In this document: piece by piece, positions 19,590 to 28,502 of the stretch | Numbering within the stretch: the stretch's first letter is position 1 | Layout of the letters: each line of letters starts with the position of its first letter | Source of the DNA: a virus | Reading direction: 5' to 3' (one strand) | IMG/VR virus record: IMGVR_UViG_3300011113_000784 | Coordinates: 32,001 to 96,000 of that record | DNA: 64,000 bases | Position numbers and translations under genes: made by a program | Notes under the pieces: model-generated | What the model was told of the DNA's origin: nothing | What the model saw: the letters and a program-made list of their open reading frames with translations, nothing else | Databases searched by the model: none

Positions 19590-21184
19590 TGTCAGACAAA
19601 TTCTTATTTGGTTCGCCTGTTCTTTTCGGATCTGCTACTACTCCCGGCGTACCTATTCCTGAAGAACTCAACAAACATATTCCAACTATTTTTCAAGCTT
19701 GTAAAGATTTTGGACTAGATTTTTATCCAACAATTGTCCAGATGCTTTCTCATGACGAAATGAGTGAAGTTGCAAGTTATGGTGGATTTGCATCGAGATA
19801 TCCACATTGGAAGTTTGGTGCTGAATATGAAGAGATGCAAAGAGGTTATCTTCACGGAAATCATAGAATATATGAAATGGTGGTAAATTGTAATCCGGCT
19901 TATCTATATTGCCTGAATTCGAATACATTGCTTGACAATATTACAGTAATTGCTCATGCGCTTGGTCATGTTCATTTCTTTAAGAATAATATTCATTTTT
20001 CTAGAACAAATACAAATGCACATAACGAACTGGCAAATAACGGTTCTAATGTAAGAAAGTATATGTCTCGTTATGGTAGAGAAACTGTAACAGAATTTAT
20101 GGATCATTTGTTCCGAATTGAAACTCTTGTTGATCCAATGAATATCTGGAAAGAAAGAAAAGCTAAAGAAGTTGTCATTAGGGACAAAAAAGACTATGTA
20201 TTTCCTAAAAGGATTAAGACAAATCAAGATTATATGGAAAACTGGATTAATACTCCAGAGTTTATAGAAGCTCAAAATAAGAAAATTGAAGAACAAGAGA
20301 TCATGAGAGATCTCAATGCATTCGCTTCTCCTGAATCAGATATATTTGGATATATCAAAGACAATGCGCCATTCAAACCTTGGCAGCGTGATATTGCTGA
20401 GATTTTGTACAATGAAGCTATTTATTTTAGTCCACAAGGCAAAACCAAGGTAACTAATGAAGGTTTTGCTAGTTATTGCGATTATCATCTTATCGCTAAA
20501 CAAGGATACGCTTCTTTAGGACAAGATAATGAGGATGGGGGTATTGTTGAGTACTCTATTCATAAAGCTGGTGTATTGGGCGGCAAATATAGCATGAATC
20601 CATACAAGCTTGGATTTATGTTATTAATGGATATCGAAGAAAGATGGAACAAGGGTAGATTTGGATCAGATTATGCCAATTGCACTAATCCAATTGAAAG
20701 GGAAAATTGGGATCTTAATCTTGGACTTGGTAAGGAAAAAGTTTTTGAGGTTTGCAAGAACTACGATGATTATCAATTCATAAATGAATTTTTTACCAAG
20801 GAGTTCTGTGAAAAGAATGAGTTCTTTGAGTACAAGCGTTATCCGACTGGTGAAATAAAGTTGGAAAGCAGAGATTACAAAAAGATCAAAAGAGAGTTGT
20901 TGCGTAAGCATATTAATCGTGGTTTGCCAAATATTAAGCTTGTTGAGCCTAGATTTAAAGGCAACATGTTTTTCATGGAGCATAAGTGGCAAGGTGTAGA
21001 ACTTTATAAACCTTATGCTTACGAAGTGATGAAGTCTATTTGTTATCTTGTGAGACAACCTGTTGTATTGCAAACCAAGAATCATAATGGGGATGAAGCA
21101 TTTTATTATTGCCAAGATTTGAACGGGGATTATGCTGCGGCTGATCCTAAATCTTTAACAAGAGATCAATTGAATAAACTATGA
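19589..21184 (+). CDS. spoVR: SpoVR/YcgB family protein
   Basis: RYPHW.FG..Y, IYE.V.N..P, AHA.GH.HFFKNN, TKV.NEG.AS, NPY.LG. Confidence 0.92.
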   Translation: MSDKFLFGSPVLFGSATTPGVPIPEELNKHIPTIFQACKDFGLDFYPTIVQMLSHDEMSEVASYGGFASRYPHWKFGAEYEEMQRGYLHGNHRIYEMVVNCNPAYLYCLNSNTLLDNITVIAHALGHVHFFKNNIHFSRTNTNAHNELANNGSNVRKYMSRYGRETVTEFMDHLFRIETLVDPMNIWKERKAKEVVIRDKKDYVFPKRIKTNQDYMENWINTPEFIEAQNKKIEEQEIMRDLNAFASPESDIFGYIKDNAPFKPWQRDIAEILYNEAIYFSPQGKTKVTNEGFASYCDYHLIAKQGYASLGQDNEDGGIVEYSIHKAGVLGGKYSMNPYKLGFMLLMDIEERWNKGRFGSDYANCTNPIERENWDLNLGLGKEKVFEVCKNYDDYQFINEFFTKEFCEKNEFFEYKRYPTGEIKLESRDYKKIKRELLRKHINRGLPNIKLVEPRFKGNMFFMEHKWQGVELYKPYAYEVMKSICYLVRQPVVLQTKNHNGDEAFYYCQDLNGDYAAADPKSLTRDQLNKL

Positions 21185-21927
21185 ACCACCCCTCTTTTAG
21201 GTTTGTTTTTCAAAATGCTCCCGGTTTGCCATTTACTAAGTGGTACAAACAATTTGATGAAAGTTTAAGTGATAGAAATTCTAAAACATTTTTATTTGCT
21301 GACAGGTCAATTGCAAATTCTTGTTTTGTCAAAAGTATTCTTAGCCACAAAATATTTTTGAATATTTTTTGTTCAGAAAATATATTTGAAGAATTATCTT
21401 TAATACAAGAAAATATTAAGAAGCATTGCGAATCAATGCTTTTGAGAGGTATGTTTTCTGAATGTAAAATTGATTTCAATAGTGAAAAACATAAAGATTT
21501 TGTTTTAAGAGATTATAATCAAATTAATATAGGTGATATGTTTGGAGAAGAGTGGCAATTTTACTCTCAAAACAAAGCTAGATTGTTTTACAAACTAAGT
21601 GATTATTATTCAAATCTTTCTTTTGGATATATTTGGTCTTTCTTTTTTACAGAAAGTGATACAGAAGCACTTGTAGCAGACGAGTATGTAAAAAAGAATT
21701 TACATATTTTCAGTCGTCATATGAAATTAAACTATGAACCAGAAAACAATAAAAAATATAAAATAATTTATTTGGATACAATGGGTAAGAGAATAAATAT
21801 CAATACATTTATGGAAAAATTGGAGCAAAATGGTTTGTTGTTATTAAAAAACCTTGATGTTGAAGGACCAAACATGGTAGGATGGCGTGATCTGAAAAAT
21901 AAAATGATTGGACTGGTGAAGATTTAA
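21181..21927 (+). CDS. hypothetical protein
   Basis: 248-aa ORF, ATGA-coupled to spoVR. Confidence 0.55.
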   Translation: MNHPSFRFVFQNAPGLPFTKWYKQFDESLSDRNSKTFLFADRSIANSCFVKSILSHKIFLNIFCSENIFEELSLIQENIKKHCESMLLRGMFSECKIDFNSEKHKDFVLRDYNQINIGDMFGEEWQFYSQNKARLFYKLSDYYSNLSFGYIWSFFFTESDTEALVADEYVKKNLHIFSRHMKLNYEPENNKKYKIIYLDTMGKRININTFMEKLEQNGLLLLKNLDVEGPNMVGWRDLKNKMIGLVKI

Positions 21928-21928
21928 A

Positions 21929-22039
21929 ATGGCACAACTTATGTTAGAATATGTTTTATTTTTAATTTTAGTTTCTGCAATGTTAGGTTTTATTGCGTAT
22001 TTTTCCTATCAAGATAGAAGGAGAGATTTAGATGAATAA
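21929..22039 (+). CDS. small membrane peptide (36 aa, not in ORF track)
   Basis: single hydrophobic helix; fills the intergenic gap. Confidence 0.45.
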   Translation: MAQLMLEYVLFLILVSAMLGFIAYFSYQDRRRDLDE

Positions 22040-22373
22040 TAAAAAAGAAATTAGTTATCAAGATCTCGATGAAATGGAAGAAATTATCGAAGCGTCTACG
22101 GATGGACCGTGGGAGATTTCTTCTCCAGAAGGAGAAGAATGGAGGCAACAAGCTAAAGATTTTGCTTTTATTGCAATGGCTAGAAATGAAATGCCTCGTT
22201 TAATCAAACAGTTGCGCTTGTATATGAAATGCAATGAAGAATTGCAATCATTAGATGGAATGCAACAGATGGCAATCGAAAGACTCAATAAGGAAGTTTC
22301 TCTTCTTCGTGAATCTTTGCGTGTACTTGAACAGCAACATAAATTGATGCTTGTGCAACAAGCAGGCTTGTAG
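22032..22373 (+). CDS. Ead/Ea22-like phage protein
   Basis: AST.GPW...D..FIA.AR...P.LI..LR motif followed by a coiled coil. Confidence 0.55.
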   Translation: MNNKKEISYQDLDEMEEIIEASTDGPWEISSPEGEEWRQQAKDFAFIAMARNEMPRLIKQLRLYMKCNEELQSLDGMQQMAIERLNKEVSLLRESLRVLEQQHKLMLVQQAGL

Positions 22374-22379
22374 TATAAT
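22351..22379 (+). promoter_or_regulatory. sigma70-type promoter of dnaE part A
   Basis: TTGTGC-17 nt-TATAAT. Confidence 0.6.
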
Positions 22380-22415
22380 TATCGAATACTAACCCTCTTT
22401 CTAACGGTGACGATC

Positions 22416-23800
22416 ATGGAAGAATTGAACAAGGAAGGAGGGCAGCACAAGCAGATGAAGATTGTTGGTTATGAACATCTTCATCTGCACTAGGTCAAAC
22501 AGAATACTCTGTCCTCGACGGTTTTGGTAGCGTTCAGGATTATATTGATAGGTGGTCACCGCATGGCGATTATCTCTGTGTAACAGATCATGGATTAATG
22601 GGTGCTATACCAAGCTTAATCACAAAAACAGAACAAGCAGAAAAGAAATTAAAAAGTTTGTACGGGTGCGAATTGTATGTGAACCCAATTCACAATGAAC
22701 CAACTGAGACTGAAGAAGCTAGAGACAAATTTATAAAAAACTTGTCACCACAAGAATTTGAAGATTTCAAAGTCTCTAGCCACATATTAGCAATTGCCGT
22801 AACCAATAAAGGTTATGAAAACCTAACAAAATTGTGTAGTCTTGGCTGGAGCCAAGGATTTTATCGTAAGCCTAGAGTCAATCACAAAGTTCTTCAACAA
22901 TATAAAGAAGGCATTGTTTTCACTTCTTGTTGTTGTGCTTCTGAAGCAGCAAGAGCTTTGCGTGTACATGGCAAAGAAGTTGCTGAAGCGACTATTCTTA
23001 AATACAAGCAAATGTTTGGAGATAACTTCTATCTTGAAATGATGCTTCTCGATTTTGAGTATCAACATGAGTATGATCAATTTTTAGTTGAGATGCACAT
23101 CAAACATCAAATTCCAATGATCATTACCAATGATGTTCATTACGCATATCAAGAGGATAGCAAGTATCAAACATTAATGATGTTGGTTAATACCAAAAGG
23201 ACATTGGCTGAGATTGAGAAGTTAAAAGCTGAGAATGCTGATGTGTTTGAATTGCAAGATAGAAATTTGTGGATGAAAACAGAGGAAGAATTGAATCAAA
23301 AGTGGGCTGAAAAGTATTCCGATGTAATTCCTTTAGAAATTTATGAACAAGCTAAAATGAATACTGTTAAGATATGCAGAATGGCATCTGGCTTAAAATT
23401 AGATAGAAGTGTAAAACTACCAAGGCTCAATGATGATGAAGGCGTTTTAAAAGATTTGGTTTTAAGAGGAATGACATATAGGGGAATATCAAAATCTAAT
23501 CGTATTTACACAAAGCGTATTGCAGAAGAATTAGATCTTATTTTTAGGAAACAGTTTGCTAGTTACTTTCTCATAGTTAAGAGTTTTACAGATGAAGCTA
23601 GAAGAAAGTGTCAAGAGATTACTGGGTTGGATGGCGTTTATGCGGTTGGACCCGGTAGAGGGTCTGGTGCTGGTTCTCTTGTGTTATATCTTCTTGGCGT
23701 TACTGATGTAGACCCAATAAAGCATGAACTTCTGTTCTCACGATTCTTATCGGAGAACAGAGGTTCACAAGCAGTATTAAAATTTAGTCAAGGTGACTGA
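22416..23800 (+). CDS. dnaE: DNA polymerase III alpha, N-terminal part (PHP domain and first palm segment); reading frame interrupted by 8 nt at 22491-22498
   Basis: 22416-22490 encodes ...YEHLHLH; 22499 onward encodes TEYSVLDG...TDHG..G...GCE...H...GY.NL...F..KPR...TNDVHY...GPGRGSGAGSLV.Y.LG.T.VDP....LLFSRFL. Confidence 0.88.
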
Positions 23801-24077
23801 CTTCATAGTCATCAAAGTTACTTCCTTTAGAGAAGTCAACATTTGGTGTTCCAAGATCGCCAAAAGGTTTGTCAGTATTATAACCTTTTGCACGATATGC
23901 TTGGCTCTTTTTGCCTTGTAGTGGGAAGCTATAATGCTTTCCTTTAACGCCAGTATCTTCAGGGGCTTCTGGTTGGGGGAAAGCATAAGATTTCATGATA
24001 TCTTGAAGTTTTTTCTGAGAATCGCTAATTTCTAGATCTTTTTTATATTGCTCTAAAGTCTTAATTTTCTTTGCCAT
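23784..24077 (-). CDS. hypothetical protein on the opposite strand between the dnaE halves
   Basis: GAGGTG SD with CTAAATA upstream. Confidence 0.65.
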   Translation of the reverse strand: MAKKIKTLEQYKKDLEISDSQKKLQDIMKSYAFPQPEAPEDTGVKGKHYSFPLQGKKSQAYRAKGYNTDKPFGDLGTPNVDFSKGSNFDDYEVSHLD

Positions 24078-24108
24078 GATTCACCTCTACTTTATTTAGA
24101 TTTTCACA

Positions 24109-24136
24109 TTGATTTTTACCGCTAAATGCTTAAAAT
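24109..24136 (+). promoter_or_regulatory. sigma70-type promoter of dnaE part B
   Basis: TTGATT-16 nt-TAAAAT; ATG 7 nt downstream. Confidence 0.5.
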
Positions 24137-24142
24137 CATGGT

Positions 24143-26614
24143 ATGAATACCATATCTGTCGAAGATTTTAATAAAATTATCAACAATCAATTCAAGAAAT
24201 TTCCTTTTCATGATGATCCACGATATCAATTCAGGCTTAGATATGAGCTTTTAGAAATAGAAACACAAAATTGTTGTGATTATTTTATAGATTTGGTCAA
24301 ACAAAAGAAAAAATTTCTTAATGAAAACAATTTACTTGTCCCAGTGTTACTGGGAATTTGCAATGAATTCAATATTGATGAAATGCCCAAAACTAAAACA
24401 AATGAATTCCCCGATGTTGATATCGATTTCTTGGCAGATGTTCGTGATTATCTAAAAAACGAATATGCTCCCAATCAATATAAAGCTGAAAATACATGCT
24501 CTATTGGTACTTACGGCAGATATGCTTTAAAGAGCGCCATGATTGATATGGCAAGAATCTATGGATATGACCGACAAGAAGTTTTAAATATTACAACAAA
24601 TTTGAGAATGAAAGACGAAGATGGAGATGAATTGACATATGAAGAAGCTTTAGAAATGTATCCTGAGTTGAAATCTTATATGGACAAGTATCCAGAATTA
24701 GCATTAGCTGTTCAAAAGCTTATTCACAGAGTACGCAATACCGGCAAACATGCTGGCGGTGTAATTGTTGCCAAGGACGAGATTAATAAGTTTGTTCCAT
24801 TGATGAAAACCACAGGTGGTGACCAGCTTGTATCACAGTTTGTAGAAGGTTTGGCTACACAAGAATTAGGACCAATAGGTCTGGTAAAATTCGACTTGCT
24901 TGTTGTGTCTGCGTTAGAGCAGACGGGTCACGCAGTAAAAATGATAAAGGATAGGCATAATATCAAATTAATTTCAGGTGACAATCACGATTGGGACAAC
25001 ACAGATTATTTGAATGACCCCAAGGCTATTGCGAATGCCAACGAAGCAGATTTGATTGGCATATTCCAATATGATAGCAATGGGATTAGAGAAGTTGTAA
25101 AAGCTTCTGGTATTGATAGTTTTGATGACTTGGTTGCGATTGTCAGTTTGTATCGTCCCGGTCCATTGAATGCAGAAATGGATCAAGTGTTCATCAGAAG
25201 AAAAACAGGACAAGAAGAATATACAATCAATCCCGTGCTTGAACCTGTTCTTAAATCAACTTATGGAATTATTATCTACCAAGAACAAGTAATGAGGATT
25301 CTGAATGTTGTTGGCAAAATCCCTCTGAAAGATTGCGAAACAATCAGAAAGGCTATTTCTAAAAAGAAGATATCAAGTTTCATCAAGTATAAAGAACAAT
25401 TCATTGAAAACGGTGTTAATGTTCTTGGAATTTCCAGAGAAGAAGTCGCTGATATATTTCAGAATATTGAATTCTTCTCAGCTTATGGTTTTAACTTAAG
25501 TCATGCCACCGCTTATACTTACATCAGCAGCCGACAATTATATTTGAAAACTTATTATCCATTAGAATTCTTTACTGCTTTGTTGATGTTGGAAGGTAGT
25601 GAAGAGAAGAAGCGCATTTATATTACAGATGCTCAAAATCATGGAATTGAAGTTCGGGCAGTTGACCTAAACACAAGCAAAGCCAATTTCTCGATACAAG
25701 ATAATGCCATTTACATTGGTTTTGGCAATATTAAAGGTATCGGAATGGATACTGCCAATAAGATTGTAGCCTTGCAACCGTTTAAAGACATAGATGATTT
25801 TCTTCGTCGGTTTGGCACAGACTCTAGTGTTTTGAAAGCACTGATTCCGTTGAAGGTCTTTGGAGAAGACACAAAGAGAGCTTACAACTATTGGCAAGCT
25901 TTTATGGCTAAGAACAAAAAGGTTGTTGACAAAAATAAGAGATCTAATAAGTCTTATCTCGATCTGAAGAAGACAGTGTTATATCTGTTGCCTGAAAAGT
26001 ATAGGAATTTGGAATTGTCTGAAGAATTGTTTTCAATTCTTAAATCAATTAATGATTCTGCTGATGTGAACAAGCTGCATAAGAAATGGGTGAGGATGAA
26101 TTCTAAAGAAGAAGCAAAGATTGAAATTTCTTATGAAGACTTTGATGATGATGACATTGTCATCGAAGATAAAGAGTTGCTGCTTGAATTAAATGATATT
26201 TGTGTGGCTGAGAGAAAGTATTATGGGTTTCAGTTTACTTGCAGACTAAGAATGCTAAAGATGTACAGTGAGAACTGTACATTTGACCGTGTTATTAATT
26301 CTCATGCCTTGGGTGCGACTAAGCACATGGTTCAAATTGAAATATTGGATGTCAATAAAAGATATTCAAAATCTGGTAAGCCCTATTGCCAGTTAGTTGC
26401 TATGGATAGTAATTTCAGAATTGAGAGGATTAATGTGTGGGAAGATGATTACGCTATATTCAAACATTTGCTTGAGGTTAACAAATGTTTGTCAATGCAG
26501 GTCAAACCACCTTCTAATGGATTTTCTACTTATAGCCTAAATTCTCCTCCTAAAAACAGGAGATATTTACTTCCATCATCAGAGATGGATTTCAGAATTG
26601 TTTTAATGGACTAG
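24143..26614 (+). CDS. dnaE: DNA polymerase III alpha, C-terminal part (catalytic palm, thumb, fingers, HhH, OB)
   Basis: PDVDIDF, GKHAGG, GLVKFDLL, GIFQ, LYRPGP, TYGIIIYQEQVM, YGFNLSHATAY, IKGIG. Confidence 0.93.
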   Translation: MNTISVEDFNKIINNQFKKFPFHDDPRYQFRLRYELLEIETQNCCDYFIDLVKQKKKFLNENNLLVPVLLGICNEFNIDEMPKTKTNEFPDVDIDFLADVRDYLKNEYAPNQYKAENTCSIGTYGRYALKSAMIDMARIYGYDRQEVLNITTNLRMKDEDGDELTYEEALEMYPELKSYMDKYPELALAVQKLIHRVRNTGKHAGGVIVAKDEINKFVPLMKTTGGDQLVSQFVEGLATQELGPIGLVKFDLLVVSALEQTGHAVKMIKDRHNIKLISGDNHDWDNTDYLNDPKAIANANEADLIGIFQYDSNGIREVVKASGIDSFDDLVAIVSLYRPGPLNAEMDQVFIRRKTGQEEYTINPVLEPVLKSTYGIIIYQEQVMRILNVVGKIPLKDCETIRKAISKKKISSFIKYKEQFIENGVNVLGISREEVADIFQNIEFFSAYGFNLSHATAYTYISSRQLYLKTYYPLEFFTALLMLEGSEEKKRIYITDAQNHGIEVRAVDLNTSKANFSIQDNAIYIGFGNIKGIGMDTANKIVALQPFKDIDDFLRRFGTDSSVLKALIPLKVFGEDTKRAYNYWQAFMAKNKKVVDKNKRSNKSYLDLKKTVLYLLPEKYRNLELSEELFSILKSINDSADVNKLHKKWVRMNSKEEAKIEISYEDFDDDDIVIEDKELLLELNDICVAERKYYGFQFTCRLRMLKMYSENCTFDRVINSHALGATKHMVQIEILDVNKRYSKSGKPYCQLVAMDSNFRIERINVWEDDYAIFKHLLEVNKCLSMQVKPPSNGFSTYSLNSPPKNRRYLLPSSEMDFRIVLMD

Positions 26615-26622
26615 TTTAATTC

Positions 26623-27060
26623 ATGGAAGATGACATTATAATTGATGATAGCAATTTTCATAAGTATTTTCGTAATACCAGAAATAGCAAAAAGCAAAAA
26701 AATGACATCGTTGTTATGTTCTATACTTCAGCTGTTTTTGCAACTGGGAAATTAAAGGAAGAAATTGTTGATTTGTTGGCAACAGAATTTAGCAGTGTGA
26801 ACAAATGCTTAGGCAAGTTGTTTAAATTTGCTTATGCGCCACATGTAGAAGGCATGAAAATTTGTAAAAGTATAATAAAAGATTATATCGATGGCATGTC
26901 TAAGGATGATATAATAAATAAAGAATATCCTTTTGTATTGCAGATGTTTTTTTACACGAAGGAGAAATATATTCCTAGGAATGATAGGCGTTGGTTGGTG
27001 GTTCCAGATGAATTCAGAAAAAATAATACGAATTTTGCTGCCCTACAAAGAAAAGACTAA
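26623..27060 (+). CDS. hypothetical protein
   Basis: 145-aa ORF. Confidence 0.6.
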   Translation: MEDDIIIDDSNFHKYFRNTRNSKKQKNDIVVMFYTSAVFATGKLKEEIVDLLATEFSSVNKCLGKLFKFAYAPHVEGMKICKSIIKDYIDGMSKDDIINKEYPFVLQMFFYTKEKYIPRNDRRWLVVPDEFRKNNTNFAALQRKD

Positions 27061-27550
27061 TGCTTTCAGCGTAGCGCTTTCTAAAAGAAATGATTTTTTT
27101 GTTGTAGAGCAATTCTACAATTGTAGGGAAATATTTCATGAAGACTTTCCTACAACTAAAAATTTGCTTATTTGTGTGCCATCTTATAAAAAAAATAGAA
27201 TTATAAAATTGTTTGAATATTTAGAAAACAAATTAAATGTTTTGAAAAAATCAAAAGTATTCATTACACAAAGAAAGAACATATTCTTTGTAAAACTAAG
27301 TGTTTTTTGGCAATCAAGAATGAAGTTCAGTTTATTAACACTTTTGATAAGGGCAGGATTAAGGATTTCTGATGGCTTGTCATTGGATAAAATTATGAAC
27401 AAGTCATCTTATTTAAAGAAAACTTCCAATGCTTTTTATGTTTTCTTTTCAGGAAATACTAAATATTCTGGAAAAAAAAATTCTTGGTTTAAAGAATTTA
27501 GAAATAAAAGCATGGAAGAATGTGAAAAATTGTTAAAAAAGAGGCGATAA
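27008..27550 (+). CDS. hypothetical basic protein
   Basis: ORF; start moved to ATG 27008. Confidence 0.55.
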   Translation: MNSEKIIRILLPYKEKTNAFSVALSKRNDFFVVEQFYNCREIFHEDFPTTKNLLICVPSYKKNRIIKLFEYLENKLNVLKKSKVFITQRKNIFFVKLSVFWQSRMKFSLLTLLIRAGLRISDGLSLDKIMNKSSYLKKTSNAFYVFFSGNTKYSGKKNSWFKEFRNKSMEECEKLLKKRR

Positions 27551-27565
27551 ATAATATATAAATGG

Positions 27566-28309
27566 ATGGAGGGCGATATGTCTGAAATTACTGAATGGGA
27601 AAAGCAAAAGAATTTCATCAAAGATCTTTGTGACACTTGGGAAAAGTCTAAGCAAGAGAAAACCGTTGATACAGATAAAATCGTTGAAAACAAAGCATAT
27701 TGCACACTCAAAGAATCATTTGATTACACCAGTGCAAATTACATGAGTGATTGGGACAGGATTTTCAATCATCAGTCAAAATTTATTTCAGAAGATGGCG
27801 ATGGCAGCATTCTTAATGAAGCAACCAAGAAATCCGCTAAAAAAAAAGTAAGTAAAAAGAAAGCTCCTTCAGCTAAGAAAGCTATCATGAAGGAGAATAA
27901 GCCAAATAAGAAACCTTATGATTTACTAAATCCAGATGCTTTCAAGTATGTGGATTTGAAATCAAGCATCGAAGAACCTTATTCCGATGACACTGCTCTT
28001 ACCCCCAAGGTTAAGAAGTTGGCTAATCTTCCTAACAAGGTTGATTCTTACACTTATGGCAGAGATGGTTCTGACAAGAGTGGCAAGACCAAAGTTGCTG
28101 CTGGTTGGACCGAAGATCCTAATATGCGTAAGTTAGAAGATCTCAAAAAGAAGCTTTATGATCTTGAGTGCAAGATGAGTAAACCAGATGGTCTTGATGA
28201 AGTAAAAGCAAAAAAAATGCAAAAGCAGTTTACTAAGTTAAATAATGACATCGCTGATTTAAGCGATAAGTTTGCTGGTGATTATAAGACCAATCATTAT
28301 TATGGATGA
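27566..28309 (+). CDS. hypothetical protein, possibly virion-associated
   Basis: K/A-rich linker, LKE/LNE sites, TAAATA upstream; start may be ATG 27578. Confidence 0.6.
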   Translation: MEGDMSEITEWEKQKNFIKDLCDTWEKSKQEKTVDTDKIVENKAYCTLKESFDYTSANYMSDWDRIFNHQSKFISEDGDGSILNEATKKSAKKKVSKKKAPSAKKAIMKENKPNKKPYDLLNPDAFKYVDLKSSIEEPYSDDTALTPKVKKLANLPNKVDSYTYGRDGSDKSGKTKVAAGWTEDPNMRKLEDLKKKLYDLECKMSKPDGLDEVKAKKMQKQFTKLNNDIADLSDKFAGDYKTNHYYG

Positions 28310-28502
28310 TTTAGAAAAAAAATTCATGATTCGTTGTTTGAAATGCCGGTGGGCTGAAACCTCCACCGGCATTTCTGCTGATTTGACTCATTTAACAGAG
28401 ATACCTCGTACATGCATGAATTGCGGTACTCCTCGTCAATTTAAATGTCCCAAATGCGGTCGTCCTGCCAAGATGATGCGGATCAAGAAAAGTGCCCCTT
28501 AA
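28302..28502 (+). CDS. small zinc-ribbon protein
   Basis: three CxxC motifs. Confidence 0.65.
   Translation: MDDLEKKFMIRCLKCRWAETSTGISADLTHLTEIPRTCMNCGTPRQFKCPKCGRPAKMMRIKKSAP

Noticed and set aside
22491-22493. Genome-wide TAG reassignment (alternative genetic code)
   Set aside because: Conserved genes are intact under code 11, several end at TAG (22373, 26614, 36638, 40870, 43903), and read-through here would stay in the wrong frame.
23700-24420. Split intein (cyanobacterial DnaE type) or group I intron joining the dnaE halves
   Set aside because: There is no intein N-fragment at the end of part A. QN|C in part B aligns with the duplicated EL..I....YF segment rather than an intein C-terminus. 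I saw no intron core, although splicing is not formally excluded.
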